Assembly (NCBI GenBank): GCA_008080745.1
Contig: SHMX01000008.1
Coordinates: forward strand, 46,224 to 78,223
Direction: 5' to 3'
DNA from: Candidatus Thorarchaeota archaeon
GTDB taxonomy: Archaea; Asgardarchaeota; Thorarchaeia; Thorarchaeales; Thorarchaeaceae
DNA length: 32,000 nt
Every line of letters begins with the position of its first letter. Position 1 is the first letter of the stretch. Shown here piece by piece: positions 17,554 through 26,324 of the stretch. Under the pieces are notes generated by a model. It had not been told where the DNA came from, did no database searches, and saw only the letters and a program-made list of their open reading frames with translations. A program made the position numbers and the translations under genes.

Positions 17554-20154
17554 TCAATTAGATATCTCGATAATCGGAAAACGAAGTATGAACTTTGCCC
17601 CTTTTTCTGGTTCACCTGAAACTCTATCACTAACCTCGATTTTACCCTCGTATTTTTCGATTATTTGTACACTTTGATGTAATCCTATTCCACCATATCG
17701 TCTTGCCATATCAAAAAGTTCGTCTTTTCTCGATTCTGGAATTCCTGGTCCATTATCTGCTACAGAAATGACATATTCGCCTTCATCCTTTTCGAGTGTT
17801 ATCCAGACCTTCTTTATATCATTGGGATTATGCTCGATTGCATTAATGATGACATTAGAGAGGAGAAGCTCAAGGTATTCGTCAGCCAAGATGATTGCTT
17901 TATCAACTAGCATCGATTGGATAAATTGCGTATTTTGCATTCTATTTTCTATTGCTTCAATGACCCCCTGAAGAGATGATGTCAATGATCTGCGCAACAA
18001 GGGAATCTCGATTAAGTCTTCAGTATTTTTGACCTCTTCAATTAGTCGAGAGCATCTTTGAACTGATAGTTGCAGAACTTCGAAGAACGACTCTTTTACT
18101 TCTTTATCGGTCGCTGTATGCATTAAGGTAGCACTATTCAAAATCACCTGTAGCTGATTTCGTATATCGTGGCACATGAGATCGAGGTACAATCCTGCTC
18201 GATCTCTAGCATTTCTGATGTCCTTCTCTGCTGACAGTCTCTCTGTGATATCAACAAGCAATGTCTGAATTGACGGCTTACCTGCATACTCGATTGGAGT
18301 TGCATAAGCCTCAACCCATCTAAGATTTCCATCTTGGTCGATTAACCGATATTCATGACGCGGTGGAGTAGGTCTGCCAGATTGAGCAGCAACAATCCTA
18401 TCCTTGAGAATTTGGTGGTCGTCCGGGTGAATAAGGTCCCATACCTCATTGAGCCTCATATTCAGTAGTTCATCAATCGAGTACCCGACTAGATTGGCAA
18501 AAGTTCTATTGACGTATGCAAAACCGTCCTCATTTAAAATGGTCAATCCTTGAAATGATTGTTCAGCAAGAGCCCTATATTTTGCCTCAGATCTCTTTAT
18601 TGATTCATCTGTCCTTTTTCTCTCAGTAATATCTTGGAACGTACCAAGTACCCCAATAACATTTCCTACATTATCATGGAGCGGTACTCTATTAATTTCC
18701 CACCACGCCTCTTTCCCATCAGCGTGCTGCATGTGTACCTCCTCTTTGAATAATGGTTTGTCACTTTCAATTACTTCTTTATCAGATTCAATAAGCTCTC
18801 TACTCTGGTCTTTTGTCCAGGTTAGGTCATAGTCAGTCTTTCCAACAATTCTATCTGGACTACCAACCCCTGCTATGATTGCAAAATTGAAATTACATCC
18901 GAGATAAGTAGACTCGTTGTCTTTCCAAAAAACAAATTGAGGAATGCTGTTCATAATCAACCGAAGCATGTCTTGCGATTGTTTTAGACGGGATTCTGCA
19001 ATACTTCTTTTTGAGATATCTCTGATTTCTGCCTGCACAATGGTATCTCCCTCAAGATTCACTGATGTCGCAGATATTTCTACAGGAATGATTTTGCCAC
19101 TTTTTGTTTTGAAATCTCGATGGAATGTGAAATGTCCTTGTTCTGATAGGATCTTGAAGGGATCCACCTTAGCATCATCACCGTCCACTGGTAAATCATG
19201 AACCCTCATTGAGAGAAGTTCGTCTCGAGAATACTCCAACATCTCTTCAGCTCGTTTATTGACCTCGATTATCTTTCCTGTCATATCATGGACCAAAATT
19301 CCATCATTGCTCTGATGAAAGAGTGCACTATATTTTCTTTGACTGGTTCTGAGTGCCTCTTCTACACGCACTTGAGTTGTAATATCTATCAATAATACGA
19401 GTAATGCCTCTTTGCCCGAATACGTAATTGGCGTAGAATATGCCCTAACCCATACAATTTTCTCATCTCTCCCTACAAATCTGTATTCATATGGTTTCTC
19501 TTCGGCTTCTCCTTTCCTTCTCTTCTCGGCTCTTTCAAGCAGCATTTGTTTATCATCAGAATGAATGAGGTTCCACATTTCCTCAGAACTCATGTCCATG
19601 ATTTCTTCTTGTGTGTATCCAAGCCATGAGGCAAAGGCCGGATTGACATAAACATATTCATCACCGGAGATGACGGTAATTCCTTGTAAGCTATTCTCCG
19701 CTAGTGTTCTGTAGTTTTCTTCGGATTGGTTAAGAGCTTCTTCGATTTTCCTTCTTTCCGTGATATCTGTAACTAAGGCAAATGACCCCTTATGAGACCC
19801 CTCCTCATCAACTAGTGGGGCAGCAGATACGATTGTTGGAATAATTGTTCCGTTTGGTTTCTTCCATTCTAATTCATATTGTGAGGAAACACCTGTTTTT
19901 CTCATCTCTACATGTTCGTTTACTTTTCTAGCGTTTTCAGGATCAAGAAATTCTGAAAGTGGTCTACCAACAAGTTCGGATTCTTTCCTATCTAACATAT
20001 GCAGAAGTCGTTTATTGACATAAGTTATTACACCATCTTCATCTACTGCTATAAAGCCATCAAACATCGAGTCAACTAATGTTCGATATCTCATGATTTC
20101 TTCTTTGGAGCTAACTTCTAGTGAACTATTTGATGGATTAGGTTTATCTTTCAT
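17554..20154 (-). CDS. five-PAS sensor histidine kinase
   Basis: Five PAS/PAC units each ending in DIT/DIS, H-box LMCHDIRNQLQ, N-box SNVIINA, G1 ADNGPG, G2 GGIGL. Confidence 0.93.
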   Translation of the reverse strand: MKDKPNPSNSSLEVSSKEEIMRYRTLVDSMFDGFIAVDEDGVITYVNKRLLHMLDRKESELVGRPLSEFLDPENARKVNEHVEMRKTGVSSQYELEWKKPNGTIIPTIVSAAPLVDEEGSHKGSFALVTDITERRKIEEALNQSEENYRTLAENSLQGITVISGDEYVYVNPAFASWLGYTQEEIMDMSSEEMWNLIHSDDKQMLLERAEKRRKGEAEEKPYEYRFVGRDEKIVWVRAYSTPITYSGKEALLVLLIDITTQVRVEEALRTSQRKYSALFHQSNDGILVHDMTGKIIEVNKRAEEMLEYSRDELLSMRVHDLPVDGDDAKVDPFKILSEQGHFTFHRDFKTKSGKIIPVEISATSVNLEGDTIVQAEIRDISKRSIAESRLKQSQDMLRLIMNSIPQFVFWKDNESTYLGCNFNFAIIAGVGSPDRIVGKTDYDLTWTKDQSRELIESDKEVIESDKPLFKEEVHMQHADGKEAWWEINRVPLHDNVGNVIGVLGTFQDITERKRTDESIKRSEAKYRALAEQSFQGLTILNEDGFAYVNRTFANLVGYSIDELLNMRLNEVWDLIHPDDHQILKDRIVAAQSGRPTPPRHEYRLIDQDGNLRWVEAYATPIEYAGKPSIQTLLVDITERLSAEKDIRNARDRAGLYLDLMCHDIRNQLQVILNSATLMHTATDKEVKESFFEVLQLSVQRCSRLIEEVKNTEDLIEIPLLRRSLTSSLQGVIEAIENRMQNTQFIQSMLVDKAIILADEYLELLLSNVIINAIEHNPNDIKKVWITLEKDEGEYVISVADNGPGIPESRKDELFDMARRYGGIGLHQSVQIIEKYEGKIEVSDRVSGEPEKGAKFILRFPIIEISN

Positions 20155-20310
20155 GAAAACACCACAGAAAATCTGGACATTTTGATGGAACTTGCTGATT
20201 TCGACAGGTTCAATCTAGTCTACTCATTATCTGGTTAAAATATTAGCGATAAAACTCAAAAGATGGTTTTCATAATTCTTTCTTGTTTAGGAAAAACGAG
20301 GCCCCAAAAA

Positions 20311-21834
20311 ATGGATAATGAGGATTGGACTTGGATTGGTGATTGGGCCGGTAGACGAGCTCTTCTGACTCCAAATAGGGAATCTATTATAGATAACACA
20401 ACGGATATCCATTATACCTATGCTGACATGAACGATGAGGCTAATAGACTTGCGCGATTATTACTTGACAAAGGTATCGAAAAAGGAGACCGTGTGGCCA
20501 TCTATAGCAAAAACCGAATCGAAATGATTACACTATTTCTTGCAGCAGGGAAAATTGGCTCGATTTTGGTACCTATGAATTATCGTCTTGCAGCACGCGA
20601 AACCCGATATCTTGTTGATAAAACCAACCCCTCAGTAATTTTTTATGATGCTGATTTGGCACAATCATTCGAGTCATTTAGATTTGAATTAGGGGGAAGA
20701 CCCATATTTGTTATGGGTGCTGAAAATGAGGTTTCAGAATCATTAGATAAAATAAAAGCAAAAATCAGCTCCAAACCAATTGATAAACCAACACTTGAAT
20801 TTGATGACCCTGCTCTAATCGTCTTCACAGGTGGAACGACAGGACTTCCAAAGGGTGCCATTTTGTCGCATAGGTTAGTATTTTGGAACTCTATCAATAC
20901 AATTACCTCTTGGGGTTTGCGACCTGATGATGTTCAACCGTTGCTCTTTCCTCTGTTTCATACGGGCGGTTGGAATGTTTTACTAGTTCCCTTCTATCAT
21001 CTTGGTGCAACTACTGTATTGATGGGAGATTTCAATCCTGATGAGACTCTCAGAGTAATTGAGAGAGATCAGGCTACAATTGTAATCGGTGTTCCAACAA
21101 TGTTTCAAATGATAGCACAATCAGATAATTTTCAAGAAACCAATCTTGATTCTGTTAGAGTATTTATCAGTGGAGGTGCACCTTGCCCTGTTGCAATCAT
21201 GGAAAATTATTGGGCTAGGAGAAAAGATTTCAAGATGGGTTATGGGCTTACTGAGGTGGGCCCTAACAATTTCTATCTTCCTGAGAGTAGAATTCATGAA
21301 AAGCCAACATCGGTGGGATTTCCAGTTTTTCATTGTGATATGCGAATAGTGAACGATGATATGAAAGATGTACCTCAAGGAGCGGTTGGTGAGTTACTCT
21401 TGAAAGGCCCTCACACTTTCAGCGGTTATTGGGATGAACCAGAGGAAACCAAGAAAACTATAGAACCTGATGGATGGGTTCATACTGGGGACCTTGTGAG
21501 AATGGATGATGAGGGTTTCTACTATATTGAGGGGCGAAAAAAGGACATGTTCATCTCGGGGGGTGAAAATGTATATCCTACCGAGATTGAAGAGTTACTC
21601 TATAAACATCCTGCAGTCCTTGAGGCGGCTGTAATTGGTATACCCGATGACAAATGGGGTGAAGTTGGTAAAGCAATCGTATCACTAAAAAAAGGGAAAT
21701 CCATTGAGGCCGATGAATTGAAAACATTCTTAGAGGGGAAACTTGCAAAATACAAAATACCAAAATATTATGAGATTCGTGCTGAGCTTCCAAAAAGCGG
21801 AGCAGGAAAGATACTGAAGAGGGAGCTTGAATAG
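20311..21834 (+). CDS. long-chain fatty-acid-CoA ligase / acyl-CoA synthetase (AMP-binding family)
   Basis: FTGGTTGLPKG (A3), GYGLTE (A5), HTGDL (A7), GRKKDMFISGGENVYP (A8), PKSGAGK (A10). Likely start is ATG 20311 with a GAGG SD (ORF track start 20263). Confidence 0.93.
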   Translation: MDNEDWTWIGDWAGRRALLTPNRESIIDNTTDIHYTYADMNDEANRLARLLLDKGIEKGDRVAIYSKNRIEMITLFLAAGKIGSILVPMNYRLAARETRYLVDKTNPSVIFYDADLAQSFESFRFELGGRPIFVMGAENEVSESLDKIKAKISSKPIDKPTLEFDDPALIVFTGGTTGLPKGAILSHRLVFWNSINTITSWGLRPDDVQPLLFPLFHTGGWNVLLVPFYHLGATTVLMGDFNPDETLRVIERDQATIVIGVPTMFQMIAQSDNFQETNLDSVRVFISGGAPCPVAIMENYWARRKDFKMGYGLTEVGPNNFYLPESRIHEKPTSVGFPVFHCDMRIVNDDMKDVPQGAVGELLLKGPHTFSGYWDEPEETKKTIEPDGWVHTGDLVRMDDEGFYYIEGRKKDMFISGGENVYPTEIEELLYKHPAVLEAAVIGIPDDKWGEVGKAIVSLKKGKSIEADELKTFLEGKLAKYKIPKYYEIRAELPKSGAGKILKRELE

Positions 21835-21845
21835 GAGGATATGTG

Positions 21846-22871
21846 ATGAAAGAAAGTCCTATTGGAATTGAATCGATTGGAGTATACATCCCCAAGGAAC
21901 GACACACAGCAGAGTATATCTCTAAAATGTCGGGCACACCCGTTGAGATTATCAAGACTAAGATTGGAATGAAGAGTAAAGCAGTTCCGGGTCCTCATGA
22001 CCATACAGTAGCTATGGGTGTCAGAGCTGCAAAAATTGCGATTGAGAGAGCTGGAATTGATCCCGCCAATGATATCGATCTTGTAATATGGGCTGGAGAA
22101 GTACACGCTGAACATCCCATGCAGACCTATGGTATCAAGTTCCAAGGTGATATTGGTGCCACTAAAGCTTGGGCATTTGATGTGAATCAACGATGTGGCA
22201 CTGTTGTAGTGGCTATGATGCTTGCCAAGTCACTCATGCAGACTCAAGGATACAAACGGGTCTTGATAGGAAGTGGATACCGAAATTCTGATCTTATAGA
22301 TTACTCCAATATCCGCACCCGATTCATGCACGATTTAGCAGCGAGTGGAGTTGCTATGATACTGACGAATAATTTTCCAAGAAATGTTGTTCTCGAAGGT
22401 AGTGTAATCTCAGATGGACAATTTTCGGAGGATGTCTACGTTCCTGCCGGAGGAACAATAATGCCCGCAACTTGTGAAACCATCGAACGAGGCCTCCATT
22501 ATCTTGATGTCACAGATCCAGAGGGACTTAAGAAAAGATTAGATAAATTATCTATGCAGAACTTTCTAAAAGTGGTGGATGAATCGTTAGAAAAATCAGG
22601 GTACTCACGAGATGATATAGATTACCTTGGACTCATCCGAATGAAACGAAGTGCTTTCGAATATGTCGCCAATGAACTTGGTGTTCATCCTTATGAACAG
22701 TCGACTTATTTTGAAGAATGGGGTCATATGGGACAAAACGATGCGATAGTTTCGATTGAAGAAGGTCTCAAAGAAGGAAAAATAACAGATGGGGATTTGG
22801 TTGTTATTACAGCTGCGGGGATAGGGTGGTCATGGAATGCTATGACTATCAAATGGGGTCCTATTGGATAG
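21846..22871 (+). CDS. 3-oxoacyl-ACP synthase III-like (KAS III/FabH-like, PRK06840-type) condensing enzyme
   Basis: Catalytic Cys in FDVNQRCGT, C-terminal WGHMGQND and GDLVVITAAGIGWSW. An AGGAGG SD overlaps the ligase stop; start is GTG 21843 or ATG 21846. Confidence 0.88.
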   Translation: MKESPIGIESIGVYIPKERHTAEYISKMSGTPVEIIKTKIGMKSKAVPGPHDHTVAMGVRAAKIAIERAGIDPANDIDLVIWAGEVHAEHPMQTYGIKFQGDIGATKAWAFDVNQRCGTVVVAMMLAKSLMQTQGYKRVLIGSGYRNSDLIDYSNIRTRFMHDLAASGVAMILTNNFPRNVVLEGSVISDGQFSEDVYVPAGGTIMPATCETIERGLHYLDVTDPEGLKKRLDKLSMQNFLKVVDESLEKSGYSRDDIDYLGLIRMKRSAFEYVANELGVHPYEQSTYFEEWGHMGQNDAIVSIEEGLKEGKITDGDLVVITAAGIGWSWNAMTIKWGPIG

Positions 22872-22884
22872 GAGCTTGAAAAAC

Positions 22885-23304
22885 ATGAAAGTTACAAAGT
22901 ATGAAGATTTGAAGATTGGTGATTCAGCAGAGGTTGTTCATACAATAACCGAGGATGATATTGAAATATTTGGAGAACTAAGTGGTGATTACAATCCAGT
23001 TCACTTCAACGAGGAGTGGGCAAAGACTACCCTCTTCAAAAGTAGAATTGCACATGGGATTCTAACAGCCTCCTATATCAGCACTGCAATCGGTATGCAT
23101 CTGCCTGGCCCTGGAACCATATATCTTGGTCAGGAAATGAAATTCCTTAGACCTGTTCGAATTGGAGATACTATCACTGCCAGAGTGGAAGTAGTTGAGA
23201 AAGATGATAAGAAAGAAAGAGTGACCCTGAAAACAACTTGCATTAATCAACATGAAAAGGTAGTATTGGATGGTTCTGCAATTGTTACACTTATGAAAAT
23301 GTAA
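22885..23304 (+). CDS. MaoC-family hot-dog dehydratase ((R)-specific enoyl-CoA hydratase, PhaJ-like)
   Basis: Hydratase-2 motif SGDYNPVH, RIAHG, HLPGPGTIY, FLRPVRIGD. A GGAG SD overlaps the upstream stop (ORF track start 22864). Confidence 0.92.
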   Translation: MKVTKYEDLKIGDSAEVVHTITEDDIEIFGELSGDYNPVHFNEEWAKTTLFKSRIAHGILTASYISTAIGMHLPGPGTIYLGQEMKFLRPVRIGDTITARVEVVEKDDKKERVTLKTTCINQHEKVVLDGSAIVTLMKM

Positions 23305-24594
23305 TCACTCTGGGGTCGGAATTCGAATGATGAAACTAGCTCCTTGAGAAGGGTTTCCTTTCACTCGATCTCCTACTTCAATTGATGCTCCATGACGATC
23401 GAGTATCCTTTTCGCCAATGTCAGTCCCAAACCAAACCCCATGTTATCTATTAATTCGAATCGTTTGAATAACGTTTCTTTTTGCTCATCTGGAATACCG
23501 GGTCCATAGTGATTCACTTCAACGAATATTTCTCCCGTTCCGTCAGCTTTCTCTACAATAATGTCTATCTTAACGGGTGTCTTGTTATCTAATCTGATTA
23601 CATTGTGGAAAATATTGTAGAATACGTCAACCAGTGAGATGTCAGCATTTACTTTGTACGTCCCGGGATTAACAACCAATTTCAATTCGACTTCCTTGTT
23701 GGGAAATCTGGCTTCTGCAGATTCTATGGCATCCCGTAGTATAGATAGGATATCTATTCGTTTGAAATGAAGTTTTTCTGAATCTACACGAATAAATTTT
23801 CTAACATTTAGTAATAGGTTGCTGGCTCGTTCCATCTGTTCTAATGTATTCATCACAAGTCTGGTTGCATCTGATTTTAGCTCATATCGGGATAAAAGTT
23901 CTAGACTAAGAAGAATGCCTTGGTGAATGTTGTTTAGATCATGGAACATGAGGTCTCGAAGAAAATCCGCTCGCATCTCAGCATCTTTTAGTTGCTGTTC
24001 AATCGCGAATCTCTCTGTCATATCTCGAAAAACACAATGGGTGACTTTCTCATCAGAACGTTCAAGGCTTGAAAGACTACAATCAAATGAAGCTTGGATT
24101 ATGGTCCCATCACGTTTCAGAAGATGGATATGTCTACCATAAACCTGCCCATCTCTCCATACTTCTTTGAAGTGCGTCCTGAAAGTGGATTTTTCTGAAT
24201 CCGGAAGTATCTCCGAGAAGGATTTCCCTATCACCTCATTCCTTTCATATCCAAGGTGTTGTAACCAAGTTGCATTAACCTCCTGAATTATACAATGTTC
24301 ATCCAATGTCTGATATGGTAATGGGAGATTCTCATAGAGGAATCTGAATTTCTTTTCACTCTCAATGATATATTGTTCCTTTTTTTCTATTAGAAAAGAA
24401 AGAGCGATCCCAAACACAACACAGATGGACACTATTAGTATTCTGAAAAACAGCTCAGGGACTGGTACGTTAAATATTATCGATTCGAGAATATTTCCAT
24501 CGTAGAAGAAAATAGCATCCATAATTGCATCAAGGATTGTAATAGATAATCCAAAAATCAATGATAGCAATAAAGCTAATTTTCCAGTTCTCAT
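23305..24594 (-). CDS. membrane-bound (2 TM) PAS sensor histidine kinase with atypical G1 box
   Basis: Two N-terminal TM segments, one PAS, H-box LMFHDLNNI, N-box YNIFHNV, G1 reading NHYGPG, G2 GFGLGL. Likely start is ATG 24594 (ORF track start 24726). Abuts the MaoC stop tail-to-tail with zero gap. Confidence 0.88.
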   Translation of the reverse strand: MRTGKLALLLSLIFGLSITILDAIMDAIFFYDGNILESIIFNVPVPELFFRILIVSICVVFGIALSFLIEKKEQYIIESEKKFRFLYENLPLPYQTLDEHCIIQEVNATWLQHLGYERNEVIGKSFSEILPDSEKSTFRTHFKEVWRDGQVYGRHIHLLKRDGTIIQASFDCSLSSLERSDEKVTHCVFRDMTERFAIEQQLKDAEMRADFLRDLMFHDLNNIHQGILLSLELLSRYELKSDATRLVMNTLEQMERASNLLLNVRKFIRVDSEKLHFKRIDILSILRDAIESAEARFPNKEVELKLVVNPGTYKVNADISLVDVFYNIFHNVIRLDNKTPVKIDIIVEKADGTGEIFVEVNHYGPGIPDEQKETLFKRFELIDNMGFGLGLTLAKRILDRHGASIEVGDRVKGNPSQGASFIIRIPTPE

Positions 24595-24735
24595 AGCAGC
24601 CCCTTCATGCTCGTTACTACGATGCTTGATGGTTGTATTGCTTCGATTTAATATATACACATTATTGGGATGATGTTTTGGCTCTCTGTCGAATTTTGAA
24701 AAAGAATTATTAGTTTTTATTCTCAAACCCTTTTT

Positions 24736-26019
24736 ATGCCAAGCCGCCGAACATGGGCAATTTTGTTGACATTTGTTGCTATCTTTGGCCTCCTTTACTT
24801 TTATAGAAACGCTATTGTCCCATCAACTGCACAGGATTATTTTCGTCCTGCTTCTGCACCACTATTAGATGATCCTCCTCCGCACCATTCCATCATTGAG
24901 GTTTCAAATTGTACCGAGTTGCGGAATGCTCTACTGAACGTGCAAAATCATACTACTATTTTTCTGGATGACGGTATCTATCGTGTTGACGACATTCCAG
25001 AACAACAATTTCTGACACCGTATGGACGGCATGTTGAGGATATTCATATCCGAGGCGTTAATGGGAATCGCGATACAGTTATCATTGAAGGTCCCGGTCA
25101 ATTTATTGAATCGGGTCAATATGGATTTCAGATATTTGATGCTGTTGATGTTCTGATTGCTGATCTAACTATCAGACGTGTCTATTATCACTGTATTAGT
25201 ATTCATCCTGAAGAAGGTGCCAATAATATCTCTCTCTACAATGTCCGAATGATTGACGCGGGAGAACAGTTACTCAAGTGTAATAGGGACTCGGGTTCCA
25301 TTCTTACTGGTTTATCAATCCAGTACTGTTCATTTGAGCTTACCAGTGGCTGGGGCATACATCCTGAATTAGGATCTTCTTATGGAAATGGAATGAGTCT
25401 ACATGGCGTAGTGAATGCTACTATTCTAGATTGTTTCTTCTTCAATCTCTATTATACGGATGGCAATCTTGCAGATCCTGCGATTCTAGTATGGAACGAT
25501 TCAGAAGGTACAATTGTTGAAAGGTGCGTCTTCATCAATTGTGCTAGAGGAATTGCCTTTGGGCTTGATGCGGAACAACACTCCGGAGGTATAGTAGCGA
25601 ATAATTTCTTCTACAGAGATCAACTTAGTGCTCCCGTTGATACAGCTATCTACATTGCCTCCTCAGATACTCTAGTATGTCACAATACTATTGTGATTAG
25701 AGATTCTTATTATGCGCCAATTGAGGTACGTTTTGCTTCTTCAACTAACGTTGTGGTAGTGAATAATATCTTAGATGGTGGTGAGATTGTATTACGTGAT
25801 GGTGCTTTCGCAACTATAGAATCAAACACTAATCTAGCTACTTCGGTATGGTTTGTTGATATGTCACATGGAAACCTCCATCTAGTTGATAATAACGAAA
25901 CTAATACTCATGCAATTGATCAGAGTGACTTTGTGACTGATATCAATCATGATTTCGATGGTGATTTTCGACCGCAGGGACTAAGCCTTGATTTGGGTGC
26001 AGATGAAATTACTAATTGA
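24736..26019 (+). CDS. secreted/anchored right-handed parallel beta-helix protein (pectin-lyase-like fold) with choice-of-anchor-Q-like C-terminus
   Basis: N-terminal TM/signal, ELRNALLN...TTIFLDDGIY N-cap, beta-helix repeats, C-terminal DFDGDFRPQG...DLGADE. Confidence 0.75.
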   Translation: MPSRRTWAILLTFVAIFGLLYFYRNAIVPSTAQDYFRPASAPLLDDPPPHHSIIEVSNCTELRNALLNVQNHTTIFLDDGIYRVDDIPEQQFLTPYGRHVEDIHIRGVNGNRDTVIIEGPGQFIESGQYGFQIFDAVDVLIADLTIRRVYYHCISIHPEEGANNISLYNVRMIDAGEQLLKCNRDSGSILTGLSIQYCSFELTSGWGIHPELGSSYGNGMSLHGVVNATILDCFFFNLYYTDGNLADPAILVWNDSEGTIVERCVFINCARGIAFGLDAEQHSGGIVANNFFYRDQLSAPVDTAIYIASSDTLVCHNTIVIRDSYYAPIEVRFASSTNVVVVNNILDGGEIVLRDGAFATIESNTNLATSVWFVDMSHGNLHLVDNNETNTHAIDQSDFVTDINHDFDGDFRPQGLSLDLGADEITN

Positions 26020-26084
26020 TTCGCACCTCTATTCTCTTTTCTTGATAATCTCGAATATTTTCCAATCCTGTTGTATACGAATCG

Positions 26085-26171
26085 AACGTTGAAATATTAC
26101 TTAACGTTTGGAAATATTAGTACGTTTGATTTACGCCAAACATTTATATATGTTTGATACATACCAAACGT
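26085..26171 (+). promoter_or_regulatory. TATA box (TTTATATA, 26143-26150) flanked by two GTTTG-N8-CAAAC palindromes plus upstream half-site repeats
   Basis: Boxes at 26124-26141 and 26152-26169; AACGTT(T)G(G)AAATATTA direct repeats at 26085-26099 and 26103-26119. Confidence 0.6.
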
Positions 26172-26201
26172 AAGACAGATACTCTATTGAGCTGGAAAAA
26201 A

Positions 26202-26324
26202 ATGAACGAAATTTACCGGGTAATTAGTGGTTTCGGGAATCTTGAAGATACATCCACCTTTCTTACGGAAGAACGTTCTATGGAGCAGTGGAGGATTTTC
26301 GCACGAAAGAGGCCAGGACGATGA
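26202..26324 (+). CDS. putative 40-aa upstream ORF translationally coupled (ATGA) to the longin-like gene
   Basis: Manual translation MNEIYRVISGFGNLEDTSTFLTEERSMEQWRIFARKRPGR*; its TGA overlaps ATG 26321. Confidence 0.35.
   Translation: MNEIYRVISGFGNLEDTSTFLTEERSMEQWRIFARKRPGR

Noticed and set aside
21578-22190. 125-aa and 140-aa minus-strand ORFs over the ligase/KAS III junction
   Set aside because: They are antisense to strongly supported genes and have no recognisable features.
26322-26324. TGA as possible selenocysteine readthrough of the 40-aa ORF (Asgard archaea can encode Sec)
   Set aside because: There is no redox motif around the TGA, the readthrough frame is featureless and stops again, and I saw no SECIS-like element.
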